Below are positions 8,954-18,050 of a stretch of DNA of 64,000 bases, in pieces. The stretch lies in contig JAPOXD010000034.1 of the NCBI GenBank assembly GCA_026707285.1, positions 3,807 to 67,806 on the forward strand, in the 5' to 3' direction. Under the pieces are notes generated by a model. It was given only the letters and a program-made list of their open reading frames with translations. It ran no database searches and was not told where the DNA came from. How positions within the stretch are numbered: position 1 is the stretch's first letter; every line of letters starts with the position of its first letter. The position numbers and the translations under genes are program-made. This stretch comes from Chloroflexota bacterium. GTDB taxonomy: Bacteria > Chloroflexota > UBA11872.

Positions 8954-9396
8954 CCGCAAGCGACCGGCTTGAGGGCGGTGCCCAGGTAGGCACGGCCCGT
9001 CGCTACGGGGTCGACACCTCGATCCTCGTCAGATTGATCGCCCACGAGCCCCGAGCGGACTTCGAGCGCTGCTTGACCCAGCTCGGTGTCCTGGTAGACG
9101 AACGGGGATGCGAGATATTCGCGTCCAATCAGGCCATTGGCGAAGCCTACGCTGCACTCATCCACCACTACAGCTTGTCCAGCGCCGACGCCAGGGCCGG
9201 GCTTCGGGATGTGCTGACCAGCGGTCTCATAGCTCCCCAGAACGGCCCTGCAGTCCTCGAAGCCCTCGCGGCGACCAGCGACCCCGGCCTGTTCGACCGC
9301 CTGATCGCCATCGACTACGAGCGGGCCGGGATGGACACACTCACCCTGGACCGGCGGATGGCCTCCCTCCGCCACGTGCGCCTCGTCTCCGAGTGA
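8950..9396 (+). CDS. PIN-domain toxin (VapC-like)
   Basis: 148 aa. TTG start overlaps the antitoxin stop (TTGA). Acidic PIN residues are present (GVDTSILV ... D..E). Confidence 0.6.
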   Translation: MTASDRLEGGAQVGTARRYGVDTSILVRLIAHEPRADFERCLTQLGVLVDERGCEIFASNQAIGEAYAALIHHYSLSSADARAGLRDVLTSGLIAPQNGPAVLEALAATSDPGLFDRLIAIDYERAGMDTLTLDRRMASLRHVRLVSE

Positions 9397-9504
9397 GCGA
9401 CTGACCGAGCCGGCCCGCGCCCGACTCCGTGGGGGCGCAGGCGTTCGGTATTCTCGCCGGGCTCGCCGGATGGCGACATTGGTTGGTGCGAGAGGACGAA
9501 CGGC

Positions 9505-10086
9505 GTGTCCCAGGGTCTGGAAGCGAACCAGGGCGACGTTCTGCTGCTGGTGGGGACGCGGAAGGGCGCGTTTCTCCTCGCCTCCGACACGTCGCGCACC
9601 GAGTGGTCGATTTCCGGCCCGAATCACGCCGGTTCGGACGTGTTCCACATGGCGTACGACGAAAGGGACGGGGGAACCGTTTTCGTCGCCATCAACAGCC
9701 CGATTTGGGGTCCGGAGATCCAGCGCAGCCGGGACCTTGGCGCTAGCTGGCAGCCGGCGACGCGAAATCCCAGCTTCGTCGGAGGTTGCAAGGAGCCGGT
9801 CGAGAAGGTCTGGCACCTGGCGCCGGGCCGGTCGAGCGAGCCGGGCGTGGTCTATGCCGGAGTTTCCCCGGCGGCGCTATTCAAGAGCGTGGACGGTGGC
9901 GACGCCTGGGCGGAAGTCGAGTCGTTGACCGCCCAGCCGACGCACGACCGGTGGGAGCCGGGATTCGGGGGCCTCTGTCTCCACAGCATGGTTCTGGACC
10001 CGACCAACAACGACCGCCTGTGGGTGGCCATTTCGGCCGTCGGCGTGTTCGGCACCGACGACGGCGGCGCGACGTGGTCACGATGA
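9505..10086 (+). CDS. BNR/Asp-box repeat (sialidase-like beta-propeller) protein, N-terminal part
   Basis: 193 aa. Asp-box repeats S.D.G.TW are present (SVDGGDAW, GTDDGGATW). It ends at a TGA that overlaps the ATG of the next ORF. Confidence 0.55.
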   Translation: MSQGLEANQGDVLLLVGTRKGAFLLASDTSRTEWSISGPNHAGSDVFHMAYDERDGGTVFVAINSPIWGPEIQRSRDLGASWQPATRNPSFVGGCKEPVEKVWHLAPGRSSEPGVVYAGVSPAALFKSVDGGDAWAEVESLTAQPTHDRWEPGFGGLCLHSMVLDPTNNDRLWVAISAVGVFGTDDGGATWSR

Positions 10087-10634
10087 ACGCCGGCGTGCGG
10101 GCGGACTTCGCGCCGGATCCGTTCCCCGAGTTCGGGCAGTGTCCGCACAAGCTGCTGGCGCATCCGGCCATGCCTGAGCGGCTGTATCAGCAGAACCACT
10201 GCGGCGTCTTTCGCAGCGACGACGGCGGGCGGCAATGGGTCGATTTGAGCGAAGGGCTGCCCTCGCGTTTCGGCTTCGTGCTGGGCATCCACGCCGCGGA
10301 CCCCGACACCATTTACGTTGTGCCGGAGGACAAGGCGCTGGACGGCGAGGTCGGAGGGTTCGTGCGCTATGTGACCGACGCGAAGTTTCGGGTCTACCGC
10401 AGCCGCAACGCCGGGGCCGACTGGGAGCCGCTGACGAACGGCCTGCCCCAGGGCAACGCCTATCTGCACCTCATGCGCGAGGGCATGGCGACCGACCCGT
10501 TGGACGACTGCGGGATCTACCTGGGCACGACGACCGGACAGATCTTCGCCAGCCGCGACGACGGGGACAGCTGGGAACTGCTGGCCGACTACCTGCCGCC
10601 GATCAACTCGGTGGACTGCGCGGTGGTGGCCTAA
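10083..10634 (+). CDS. BNR/Asp-box repeat protein, C-terminal part (probably the same gene, shifted by 1 nt)
   Basis: Frame 0 becomes protein-like exactly at 10083. More Asp-boxes follow (RSDDGGRQW, SRNAGADW, SRDDGDSW). The two ORFs together make about 377 aa, the usual length for this family. Confidence 0.5.
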   Translation: MNAGVRADFAPDPFPEFGQCPHKLLAHPAMPERLYQQNHCGVFRSDDGGRQWVDLSEGLPSRFGFVLGIHAADPDTIYVVPEDKALDGEVGGFVRYVTDAKFRVYRSRNAGADWEPLTNGLPQGNAYLHLMREGMATDPLDDCGIYLGTTTGQIFASRDDGDSWELLADYLPPINSVDCAVVA

Positions 10635-11803
10635 CCGCCGCTCAGGACCTTGTAGCCGTAGTTGTCCTTGGTGCGTTCGGCCACTGGGAGCACCTCGACC
10701 ACGACGCGGGATAGGCCCACGACCTCGCCGTCGGCGTCGAAGCTGTAGTCGTTGCCGAGGGCGCCGCTCCAGGTGATGTCGTAGAGGCAGTCGCGGAATC
10801 CATCGGCGTCCTGGTCGTCGCCGGTTTGGCCGAGGCACTCGGCGGCGATGTAGACGGTGTCGTAGGCGGAGCCGAGGTGCCAGGGCAGGGTGATGTAGTC
10901 GTAGCGCTGCCGAAAGTCGGCGAGCACCGACTGCGTCTTGGCGTTGTTGGGGTCGGGAGCGGCGGTGATGGCCTTGACCCCGGTGGCGGCGTCACCCGCG
11001 ATTTCGAGAGAGGTGGTGCCCACGGTGATGGTGTCGCCGTAGATGGGGCCGGCGTAGCCCAGCTCCCGCGCCTGCTTGATGATGGTACCCGCCGCGAACT
11101 CGGCCTGCGGCGTGACGTGGAGCGCGTCCGGATTGGCCTCGAACAGCTTGGTCAACTGGGACCGGAAGTCCGTGACGTCGGATCCAAACCGCTCCGCCGC
11201 GACGACCGTGCCGCCGTTCTCTTCGAACCGCGCGACGGTCGTGCGCCGAACACCCTCGGCGTAGTCGGTTTCCTCGGTGATGGTGGCCAGCGTGCGGATG
11301 CCGTCGACCCAGAGCGCGTCGCCGGTGCGAATGCCCACTTCGATGTCGCTGATCTGGGTGCGGAAGATGTAGTCGCCGGCGTCGGCGATGTCGGGGTTGC
11401 TGGCCAGCCCGGAGAAGAGGATCACGCCATCGGCCTCGGCCAGCGGGGCGACGCCGAGCATGGCGCCGCTGCACGACGTCCCGAGAATGATCTTCATGCC
11501 GTCGACGTCGGTGAGCTTCTTGTAGGCGTTGATCGCGTCCTGGGCGTTGCACTTCGAGTCCTCGACGACGAGCTCCAGCCGGCGCCCGTCGACGCCGCCG
11601 GCGGCGTTGATCTCGTCCACGGCCATGACCTTGGCCTGATGAGCCACGGTGCCGTAGGTCTCGCCGGCGCCGGTGAGCGATTCCATGACGCCGATGCGAT
11701 AGGGGGTGGCCTCGTCGGCATCCTCGCCGCAGGCTACGAGCACTGAGGCCAAGGCGATCAGCAGCCCGAGCGTGACGGTTCGTTTCCAAATCGAGAGTCG
11801 CAT
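10631..11803 (-). CDS. ABC transporter substrate-binding lipoprotein (branched-chain amino acid / LivK-like type I PBP)
   Basis: 390 aa from MRLSIWK. Has a lipoprotein signal LVAC. YRIGVM...GVDGRRLELVVEDSKCN is typical of Leu/Ile/Val-binding proteins. Confidence 0.75.
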   Translation of the reverse strand: MRLSIWKRTVTLGLLIALASVLVACGEDADEATPYRIGVMESLTGAGETYGTVAHQAKVMAVDEINAAGGVDGRRLELVVEDSKCNAQDAINAYKKLTDVDGMKIILGTSCSGAMLGVAPLAEADGVILFSGLASNPDIADAGDYIFRTQISDIEVGIRTGDALWVDGIRTLATITEETDYAEGVRRTTVARFEENGGTVVAAERFGSDVTDFRSQLTKLFEANPDALHVTPQAEFAAGTIIKQARELGYAGPIYGDTITVGTTSLEIAGDAATGVKAITAAPDPNNAKTQSVLADFRQRYDYITLPWHLGSAYDTVYIAAECLGQTGDDQDADGFRDCLYDITWSGALGNDYSFDADGEVVGLSRVVVEVLPVAERTKDNYGYKVLSGG

Positions 11804-11974
11804 GTATGGATTCCTGAATACTGTCGGGCGCCCGCCGTGTAGTTTAGGCGGCCGGCGCGGGTGGGCGCCGCTTGCGTCACGGGGACCGCGACGGGGCGGT
11901 GCTACCGTCCCCAGACCATCTCCGGCGGCCAGCGGCCGCTGGGGCGATCGATCTACCTCGCCGAAGGGTGAGCC

Positions 11975-12697
11975 GTGCTCGATTTCGACCGCTTTCAATG
12001 GATCAGCTTTGACTGCTACGGCACCCTGATCGATTGGGAGACCGGCATATGCGAGGCCATCGCCCCGGTCCTGGCGTCCCACGGCATTCACAGGTCGAGG
12101 ACCGAGATCCTGTCGCTCTTTGCGGACGTGGAGCCGCGAGTGCAGCGAGCGGGCTACCTGGAATACCGCTGCGTCTTACGTTGCGTGATGGACCTGATCG
12201 GCCGCGAGCTTGGTTTCGAGCCCACCGAGTCCGAGCTGGGCTGCCTCGGCAATTCCCTGCCTCGCTGGCCGGTCTTCCCGGACACCGTGGACGCGCTGCG
12301 GGCGCTGCAATCCCGCTTCAAGCTCGCGGTGATTTCCAACGTAGACGACGACCTTTTCGCCGGGACGGCAGAGGCGCTGGGGATCGACTTCGAGGTCGTG
12401 GTCACGGCGCAGCAGGTCGGAAGCTACAAGCCGAGCCTGGGCAACTTTCACGCCGCCGCCGCGTGCATGGCCGTCGACACAGACGCCTGGCTGCACGTCG
12501 CGGAGAGCCTCTATCACGACATCGCGCCGGCCAACCAATTGGGAATCGCCAGCGTCTGGGTGAATCGCTCGAATCGAGGCGGTGGCACGCGCCGCGTCGA
12601 CGCCATTCCGGATCTGGAGGTGCCTGATCTCGCGATGCTGGCGCGGAAGATGTGCCGCCGTGATCGGCGCCCGGCGCCAGCACCGGACAATCGTTGA
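11975..12697 (+). CDS. HAD-superfamily hydrolase (haloacid dehalogenase type II-like)
   Basis: GTG start. Motif I is FDCYGTLID. SYKP and a downstream D follow. Confidence 0.7.
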   Translation: MLDFDRFQWISFDCYGTLIDWETGICEAIAPVLASHGIHRSRTEILSLFADVEPRVQRAGYLEYRCVLRCVMDLIGRELGFEPTESELGCLGNSLPRWPVFPDTVDALRALQSRFKLAVISNVDDDLFAGTAEALGIDFEVVVTAQQVGSYKPSLGNFHAAAACMAVDTDAWLHVAESLYHDIAPANQLGIASVWVNRSNRGGGTRRVDAIPDLEVPDLAMLARKMCRRDRRPAPAPDNR

Positions 12698-12718
12698 CTC
12701 TAGGAGGGGACTGATCCC

Positions 12719-13159
12719 ATGACTCCGAATAGAAGCATCTTCGTGAACCTGGCGGTGAAGGACGTGGACAAGTCCGTCGTGTTCTTCACGGAGTTGGGGT
12801 TCGAGTTCGATCCCGCGTTCACCAACGACCAGGGCGCTTGCATGATCGTCAGCGAGAACATCTTCGCCATGCTGCTGGCGGAGAGCTTCTTCAGCAGCTT
12901 CATTCCGGGACGGCGGATCGCCGACACGTCGGATACGACCGAAGCCTTGCTCGCCGTGTTCCTGGCCGAGCGGGACGAGGTCGACGCCATGCTCGAGAAC
13001 GCCGTAGCGGCAGGCGGAACGGCCTTCCGGGAACGGTCAGAGTTTCAAGGCATGTACGGCGGCGCGTTCCAGGACCTGGACGGGCACATCTGGGAGATCG
13101 GCCACATGGGGCAAGCCGCAACGGGGGAGGCTCCTGCGGCTGCTGAGAAGGAGTCATGA
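12719..13159 (+). CDS. VOC family (glyoxalase/bleomycin-resistance fold) protein
   Basis: 146 aa with a glyoxalase-like betaalphabetabetabeta pattern (VNLAVKDVDKSVVFF, H.WE). Confidence 0.65.
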   Translation: MTPNRSIFVNLAVKDVDKSVVFFTELGFEFDPAFTNDQGACMIVSENIFAMLLAESFFSSFIPGRRIADTSDTTEALLAVFLAERDEVDAMLENAVAAGGTAFRERSEFQGMYGGAFQDLDGHIWEIGHMGQAATGEAPAAAEKES

Positions 13160-13620
13160 TGCAGGCATCGCCCAAGGTCAGCCCGTTTCTCTGGTTTGAC
13201 GGTCGATCCAAGGACGCCGCCGAGTTCTACGTCTCGGTGTTCCCGAACTCACGGATTCTGAGTGTCTCGGTGATTTCGGAAGGCCCCGCCAACGGCCAGG
13301 CGATCGTCGAATTCGAGCTCGACGGGCAAGAGTTCGGCGCGGTGGACGGCGGGCCGATGTACAGCTTCACGCCGGCAATCTCGTTCGTGATCGCCTGCGA
13401 CTCGCAGGAGGAGATCGACTACTACTGGGACCGGCTTTCGGAAGGCGGCGAACCGGGCCGCTGCGGCTGGCTGGAGGACAAGTTCGGCCTGTCGTGGCAG
13501 GTGACGCCGTCAATGCTTCCCGACTTGATGGAGGGCAACGCATCGAAGGTGACGGAAGCGCTGCTCGCCATGGACAAGATCGACATCGAAACGCTGCGCC
13601 GGGCGGCCGAGAGCGGCTGA
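13156..13620 (+). CDS. VOC family protein (PhnB-like)
   Basis: 154 aa. The PhnB/3-demethylubiquinone-like motif is PFLWFDG...FGLSWQV. It overlaps the previous stop (ATGA). Confidence 0.7.
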   Translation: MMQASPKVSPFLWFDGRSKDAAEFYVSVFPNSRILSVSVISEGPANGQAIVEFELDGQEFGAVDGGPMYSFTPAISFVIACDSQEEIDYYWDRLSEGGEPGRCGWLEDKFGLSWQVTPSMLPDLMEGNASKVTEALLAMDKIDIETLRRAAESG

Positions 13621-13628
13621 GGCCGCCA

Positions 13629-14264
13629 GTGATTGCTGAGCTTGGCGCCCATCCGAGCGATGGACGGCTGCTGCTGCACGCGGAAACTCAGGCCGAGTGG
13701 CGGGCGTGGCTGGAGCGCAATCACGACGCGGCGGACGGCGTGTGGCTCGTTTCGTGGAAGAAGGCCACGGGCAAGCCGTTCATTCCCTATCCCAACACAG
13801 TGGACGAAGCACTGTGCTTCGGCTGGATTGACTCGCGGCCCAACCGGGTGGACGACGAACGGGCGATGCGGCTCTTCACGCCACGCAGGCCGAAGAGCCT
13901 CTGGTCGCGCATCAACCGGGCGAAGGTGGCGCGACTCACGGTGCAGGGCCGGATGGCGCCGGCCGGCATGCGAATGGTCGAGACGGCGAAGGCGAACGGC
14001 TGGTGGACGATCGGCGACGAGATCGAGGACCTGGTCATCCCGCCCGACTTGGGCTCGGCCCTGGCTGCCAACGAGACGGCGAGGGCCTGCTTCGAGCATT
14101 TCGCCGCCTCGCCGAAGAAGAGCATCCTGTGGTGGATCAAATCGGCGCGGAAACCCGAGACCCGGGCCAGGCGCATCGCGCAGACCGTCGAGCTGGCCGC
14201 GGAGAATCTCATGGCCAACCACCCCAAGGGCCGGGACCAGGGGCCGAAACGGCGCTCCGGCTAG
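13629..14264 (+). CDS. YdeI/OmpD-associated family protein
   Basis: About 211 aa from GTG. WLERNHD...WLVSWKKATGKPF...WIKSARKPETRARRI is the characteristic YdeI-like domain. Confidence 0.6.
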   Translation: MIAELGAHPSDGRLLLHAETQAEWRAWLERNHDAADGVWLVSWKKATGKPFIPYPNTVDEALCFGWIDSRPNRVDDERAMRLFTPRRPKSLWSRINRAKVARLTVQGRMAPAGMRMVETAKANGWWTIGDEIEDLVIPPDLGSALAANETARACFEHFAASPKKSILWWIKSARKPETRARRIAQTVELAAENLMANHPKGRDQGPKRRSG

Positions 14265-14312
14265 CGCGTATACGCTGGCGGCACGACAACTGCCCATCGA
14301 CTCACTCCAGAC

Positions 14313-15554
14313 ATGACAACCCGTCGCTCGAGAGTGATAGACACATTGGTACGAGCGTTCGTGCTCTCTGCCCTCGTGGCCCTCGCGTTGTCGGCCTGCG
14401 GCGAGGACGCATCCGAAACGGCCGAGCCTCAGGCGCCGACCGCCGCGACCACCACGGTGCGGGCATCCCCGGCGTCGGCGCAACCCGTGCCCACCGCGAC
14501 CGCGGCGGCGACCTCGGCGGCAACAGCGGTTCCGCCGCCGGCCGCGACGACGGCGGCCACCCTTCCGGCAACGGCGCCCTCGCCCACAGTGACGACGGCC
14601 GTACCGGCTCCTGGCGTTGCGGTCTCCAAATCGCTTGGCGCCGTCGACGCCGCCAACGCGTTCCTCGACGGGCTCACTGCGGACCAACGGGCGGGGGCTG
14701 TGCTCGCTTTCGATTCGCCGCTGCGGCCCAACTGGTCCAATCTGCCGCCGAGCATGACGCGTTTCGAGCACAACGGCGTTCGCATCGGCGACCTGGACGC
14801 CACGCAGACCGAGCTGATGCACGACTTCCTGCGCGTTGCGCTCAGCCCCGACGGGTACGTCAAGGTTGTCGGCATCGTGGGGGCCGAAGACGCGCTGGCC
14901 GCATCGTCCGGACGGCAATTGAGCGCGGACAACTACTGGCTGGCGTTCTTCGGCGAGCCGTCCGCAAACGACCCCTGGGGCTGGCAGTTCGGCGGTCACC
15001 ACCTGGCCGTGAATGTGACCGTTATCGACGGGCGCTCATACCTCTCGCCAACGCTGGTGGCTGTCCAGCCGGCGTCGTACGCGGTCGACGGCGTCACCGT
15101 GACGCCGTTGGCCGCCGAGGTGCAGTCGGGGCTGGCCCTGATGTACGCGCTGGACGACGCTCAGCAGGCGGCGGCGCGGGTGCAGCGGCCCAACGAGCTA
15201 TGGGCCGGCGCGGGCAAGGACGGCGTGACGCCACCGCTGGAAGGCTCGTCGGTGGCGGGGTGGAGCGAGGCCCAGCGAGCCCTGCTGCTGGACGCGGTTG
15301 CACTGTGGGTCGGCCTGCTGCCCGCCGACAGCGCCCAAGCGCGACTGGCCGAGATCGGGTCGGACGTTGCCGATACGTATTTCGCCTGGCACGGCGACGT
15401 CGACGCCGGCCGGCCCATCTACTACCGCATCCAGGGACCGACGCTCATCATCGAGTTCGCCACCCAGAGCCGCGTCGGCGGCGACCGCGCGCACTATCAC
15501 TCGATCTACCGAGACCCGACGAACGAATACGGAACGGCTGCCGCTGCCAGCTGA
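14313..15554 (+). CDS. DUF3500-like secreted lipoprotein with Ala/Thr/Pro-rich linker
   Basis: 413 aa. Signal plus lipobox LSAC, a roughly 80-aa low-complexity A/T/P linker, then a conserved C-terminal domain (GGHHLAVN, HYHSIYRDP). Confidence 0.55.
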   Translation: MTTRRSRVIDTLVRAFVLSALVALALSACGEDASETAEPQAPTAATTTVRASPASAQPVPTATAAATSAATAVPPPAATTAATLPATAPSPTVTTAVPAPGVAVSKSLGAVDAANAFLDGLTADQRAGAVLAFDSPLRPNWSNLPPSMTRFEHNGVRIGDLDATQTELMHDFLRVALSPDGYVKVVGIVGAEDALAASSGRQLSADNYWLAFFGEPSANDPWGWQFGGHHLAVNVTVIDGRSYLSPTLVAVQPASYAVDGVTVTPLAAEVQSGLALMYALDDAQQAAARVQRPNELWAGAGKDGVTPPLEGSSVAGWSEAQRALLLDAVALWVGLLPADSAQARLAEIGSDVADTYFAWHGDVDAGRPIYYRIQGPTLIIEFATQSRVGGDRAHYHSIYRDPTNEYGTAAAAS

Positions 15555-15710
15555 ACGCATCGAGCGAGCTTCCGACCCTGACTACCGGCGATGCTGAGAC
15601 CGTCGACTAGGTCGCATATCCAGCATCTCCAACTTGGGCGGCGGCGGCGAATCCGTCATAATGACTGCCCGTCAATATCGGTTGGATTCGCCTAGCGAGG
15701 CAGGCATTCC

Positions 15711-16769
15711 ATGACGACGGCATCACCCGCCGTGGCGCAGGCGCCGCGGCTGACGACGGACCAGATTGCCCAGTTCAAGCGCGAAGGATTTCTCGTGCTG
15801 CCGGGCGTGGTCGATCCCGAGCTGTGCCGGCTGGCGCGCGATCAGATGTGGGACACGATCGCGCAGTACCGGCCCAGCATGCGGCGTGACGATCCCTCCA
15901 CCTGGACCCCGATCAGCGAGGAGGAAAACGCGAGCTACGTGCGTGAGGAGACCGGCGGCGACCCCTATTTCGGCGGCGGGGGGCACCGGTTCTACATCCG
16001 CAACGGGGCCGAGGACCTGCTGCTGGACATTGGCGCCCGCGTGGTGTGGGACGTCGCCGAGCAGCTGCTGGGCGAGGGCGAGGTGGTCTATCCCGCGGGC
16101 CTGGACGCCACCGGCCACACCACGGGGCCGTGCTACCTGACAGAGGGCGCAGTAAAGGGCATGGAGTCCCACCTGGGCGACAAGACGAGGGAATGGACCG
16201 GTCCGCCGACCAATAGGACCGGACCGCTGCGCCTGCCGAAGACCGGTCCCCACTGGGTGACGGGCCAGGGCACGCGCGGCATGTATTGCACGCTGCCCAA
16301 CGGATCGCCCCGCGGACCGAATTATCCCTCCGCCCATTCCGGCGAGGGCATGGGTTCCGAGAGTCGCTGGAAGGTGCAGACGGCGGTCTACTTCGACGAC
16401 CTGCCGCTGGGCGCGGGCGGCCTGCACCTGTGGCCAGGCAGCCACGCCAGGGTGTGGGAGGCCTACCGGGAGATCAAGCAGAGCGGCTCGGGCGAGACGT
16501 ATGACGGCTACAACCATCCCGTGGTGGCCGACATCAAGGCCGACACGGAGCCGGTGGACACCCACGGTCCGGCGGGCTCGGTGGTGCTGTGGCACTCGAT
16601 CATGCTGCACATGGCGGGCGTCAACACTTCGAGCGACATCATCCGCCAGGCCACCCTGTACGCCTTTGCCAAGACGCCGGAGTCCATGCCGGACGAGAGC
16701 GTGGAGAACGAGACCCTCGACGACATCTGGGCGGACTGGTCGGACGAGGTGCGGGCGGTGGCGGTCTAG
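15711..16769 (+). CDS. PhyH-family Fe(II)/2-oxoglutarate dioxygenase
   Basis: 352 aa. The N-terminus LTTDQIAQFKREGFLVLPGVV and a His motif near the C-terminus (VLWHSIMLHMAG) match the other PhyH paralogs. Confidence 0.75.
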   Translation: MTTASPAVAQAPRLTTDQIAQFKREGFLVLPGVVDPELCRLARDQMWDTIAQYRPSMRRDDPSTWTPISEEENASYVREETGGDPYFGGGGHRFYIRNGAEDLLLDIGARVVWDVAEQLLGEGEVVYPAGLDATGHTTGPCYLTEGAVKGMESHLGDKTREWTGPPTNRTGPLRLPKTGPHWVTGQGTRGMYCTLPNGSPRGPNYPSAHSGEGMGSESRWKVQTAVYFDDLPLGAGGLHLWPGSHARVWEAYREIKQSGSGETYDGYNHPVVADIKADTEPVDTHGPAGSVVLWHSIMLHMAGVNTSSDIIRQATLYAFAKTPESMPDESVENETLDDIWADWSDEVRAVAV

Positions 16770-16828
16770 GGGGCGCTTTCGACGGGGCCGAGGATCCCGT
16801 GCTGCGCGCAGCCCGGGCCACCGGAGAC

Positions 16829-16870
16829 CCTCACCCCAGCCCTCTCCCTTCCAGGGAGAGGGAGTCGGGC
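16829..16870. repeat. hairpin repeat CTCACCCCAGCCCTCTCCC-ttcca-GGGAGAGGGAGTCGGGC (copy 1)
   Basis: Perfect 9-bp stem CCCTCTCCC/GGGAGAGGG. A second copy lies 140 bp downstream. Confidence 0.5.
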
Positions 16871-16912
16871 GGCGGCGGGTATTTCATCCGATGCGCGGAG
16901 GTCGTGCGCTCT

Positions 16913-16940
16913 AGATTCCTCGCTGCGCTCGGAATGACAT
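16913..16940. repeat. REP-like element AGATTCCTCGCTGCGCTCGGAATGAC
   Basis: Same GATTCC...CGGAATGAC family as at 2478-2559. Confidence 0.4.
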
Positions 16941-16969
16941 TTCGGGGGTTGTGGCCTCCGAGGCCCGGC

Positions 16970-17010
16970 CCCTCACCCCGGCCCTCTCCCGATGGGAGAG
17001 GGAGTCGGGC
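16970..17010. repeat. hairpin repeat CCTCACCCCGGCCCTCTCCC-gat-GGGAGAGGGAGTCGGGC (copy 2)
   Basis: Direct copy of the 16829 element, lying between convergent dioxygenase genes. Confidence 0.5.
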
Positions 17011-17026
17011 CGGCGGTTGATTCGGG

Positions 17027-17890
17027 CTAGCCGCTGGCGGCTTGCTGTCGTTCGGCGCGGACTTTGGCGGAGAGCGCGGCCAGGTGGCCGTCGTTGGCGA
17101 GGCGCTGCTCGAGGTGGCGCATGCGCTCCGGCGAGGCCGTTTGGAGCATTATTTCGCCGTAGGCGCGCTCCATCTCGTGCCGTGACAGATTGGCAACCGA
17201 CTTTCGAACGGGCTCCAGGTCGTCGTCGGGCTGCCGCGCCTGCATGTTGATGGTGAACATGCGCCGCCGCGTGCCGCCTCCGAACGACGCGTGCTTGATC
17301 TCGTGATTGAATACCAGGACATCGCCGGGTTCGGTTTCCAGCGCAACGGACGGCACCTCGGCCCCTGACAGGCCCCAGGTCTTCTCGGGCAGCAACGCGC
17401 GCTCGTCGAGCGGCGTGCGGTAGTAGTCGACCGCGCCCAACATCCGCCAGAAGCGGCCGCCCTTGTGGTGGCTGCCCGGAATCACCCGCAGGCTGCCGGA
17501 CGCGGCGTCCAGCGGATCCAGGTAGAACGCGGTCTTGATGGGGAGCCTGGCTCCCCAGCTCGTGTCGGAATGCCAGGGCGTATCGCCGCTGTAGACGTTG
17601 CCGTCGCTGGTCATGTAATTGAAATCCTCACCGCAGATCGAGGACCCGATGCCGAGGACCCGCGGGTCGTCGAGCAGCGAGCTCAGATACGGGTGCTGGT
17701 CGATGAACGGCACCACCACCGTCAGGCGCTCGTTCAAATCGTCCGCCGCCCCGTCCAGCCCGCCGCCATTGGCGGTCCACACCTCGCGGAAGGCGTCGTT
17801 GAGCGCGTCGACCTCGTCGCGGAATAGGCCGCGCAACGCCAGGTAGCCGAAGGTCTCGAAGAATCGCAGTTGTTGCTCGGTGAGTTGCAT
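17027..17890 (-). CDS. PhyH-family Fe(II)/2-oxoglutarate dioxygenase
   Basis: Start taken at MQLTEQQL, which has a GGAGAG RBS; the ORF track begins 27 nt further up at a GTG. The motifs HSDTSW and GSHHKG match the paralogs. Confidence 0.75.
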   Translation of the reverse strand: MQLTEQQLRFFETFGYLALRGLFRDEVDALNDAFREVWTANGGGLDGAADDLNERLTVVVPFIDQHPYLSSLLDDPRVLGIGSSICGEDFNYMTSDGNVYSGDTPWHSDTSWGARLPIKTAFYLDPLDAASGSLRVIPGSHHKGGRFWRMLGAVDYYRTPLDERALLPEKTWGLSGAEVPSVALETEPGDVLVFNHEIKHASFGGGTRRRMFTINMQARQPDDDLEPVRKSVANLSRHEMERAYGEIMLQTASPERMRHLEQRLANDGHLAALSAKVRAERQQAASG

Positions 17891-18050
17891 GGCGCTCTCC
17901 GATCCGCTCGTGCTCACGGCCCGCCTCTAAGAATGCTGCCACCTTCGCAGGCGCCGCGCCAGCCGCGGTCGCGCCTGGCCTGGGGCGTGATCCGCCAGTG
18001 GCCGGAACAGCCCGCCCGGTCGTGGACCGCTATGCTCAAGCGCCCGCCGA

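Noticed and set aside
13422-15610. Long ORFs 13422..15002 (-) and 14003..15610 (+) overlapping the YdeI and DUF3500 genes
   Set aside because: Low-complexity R/G/P-rich translations, alternative frames of real genes.
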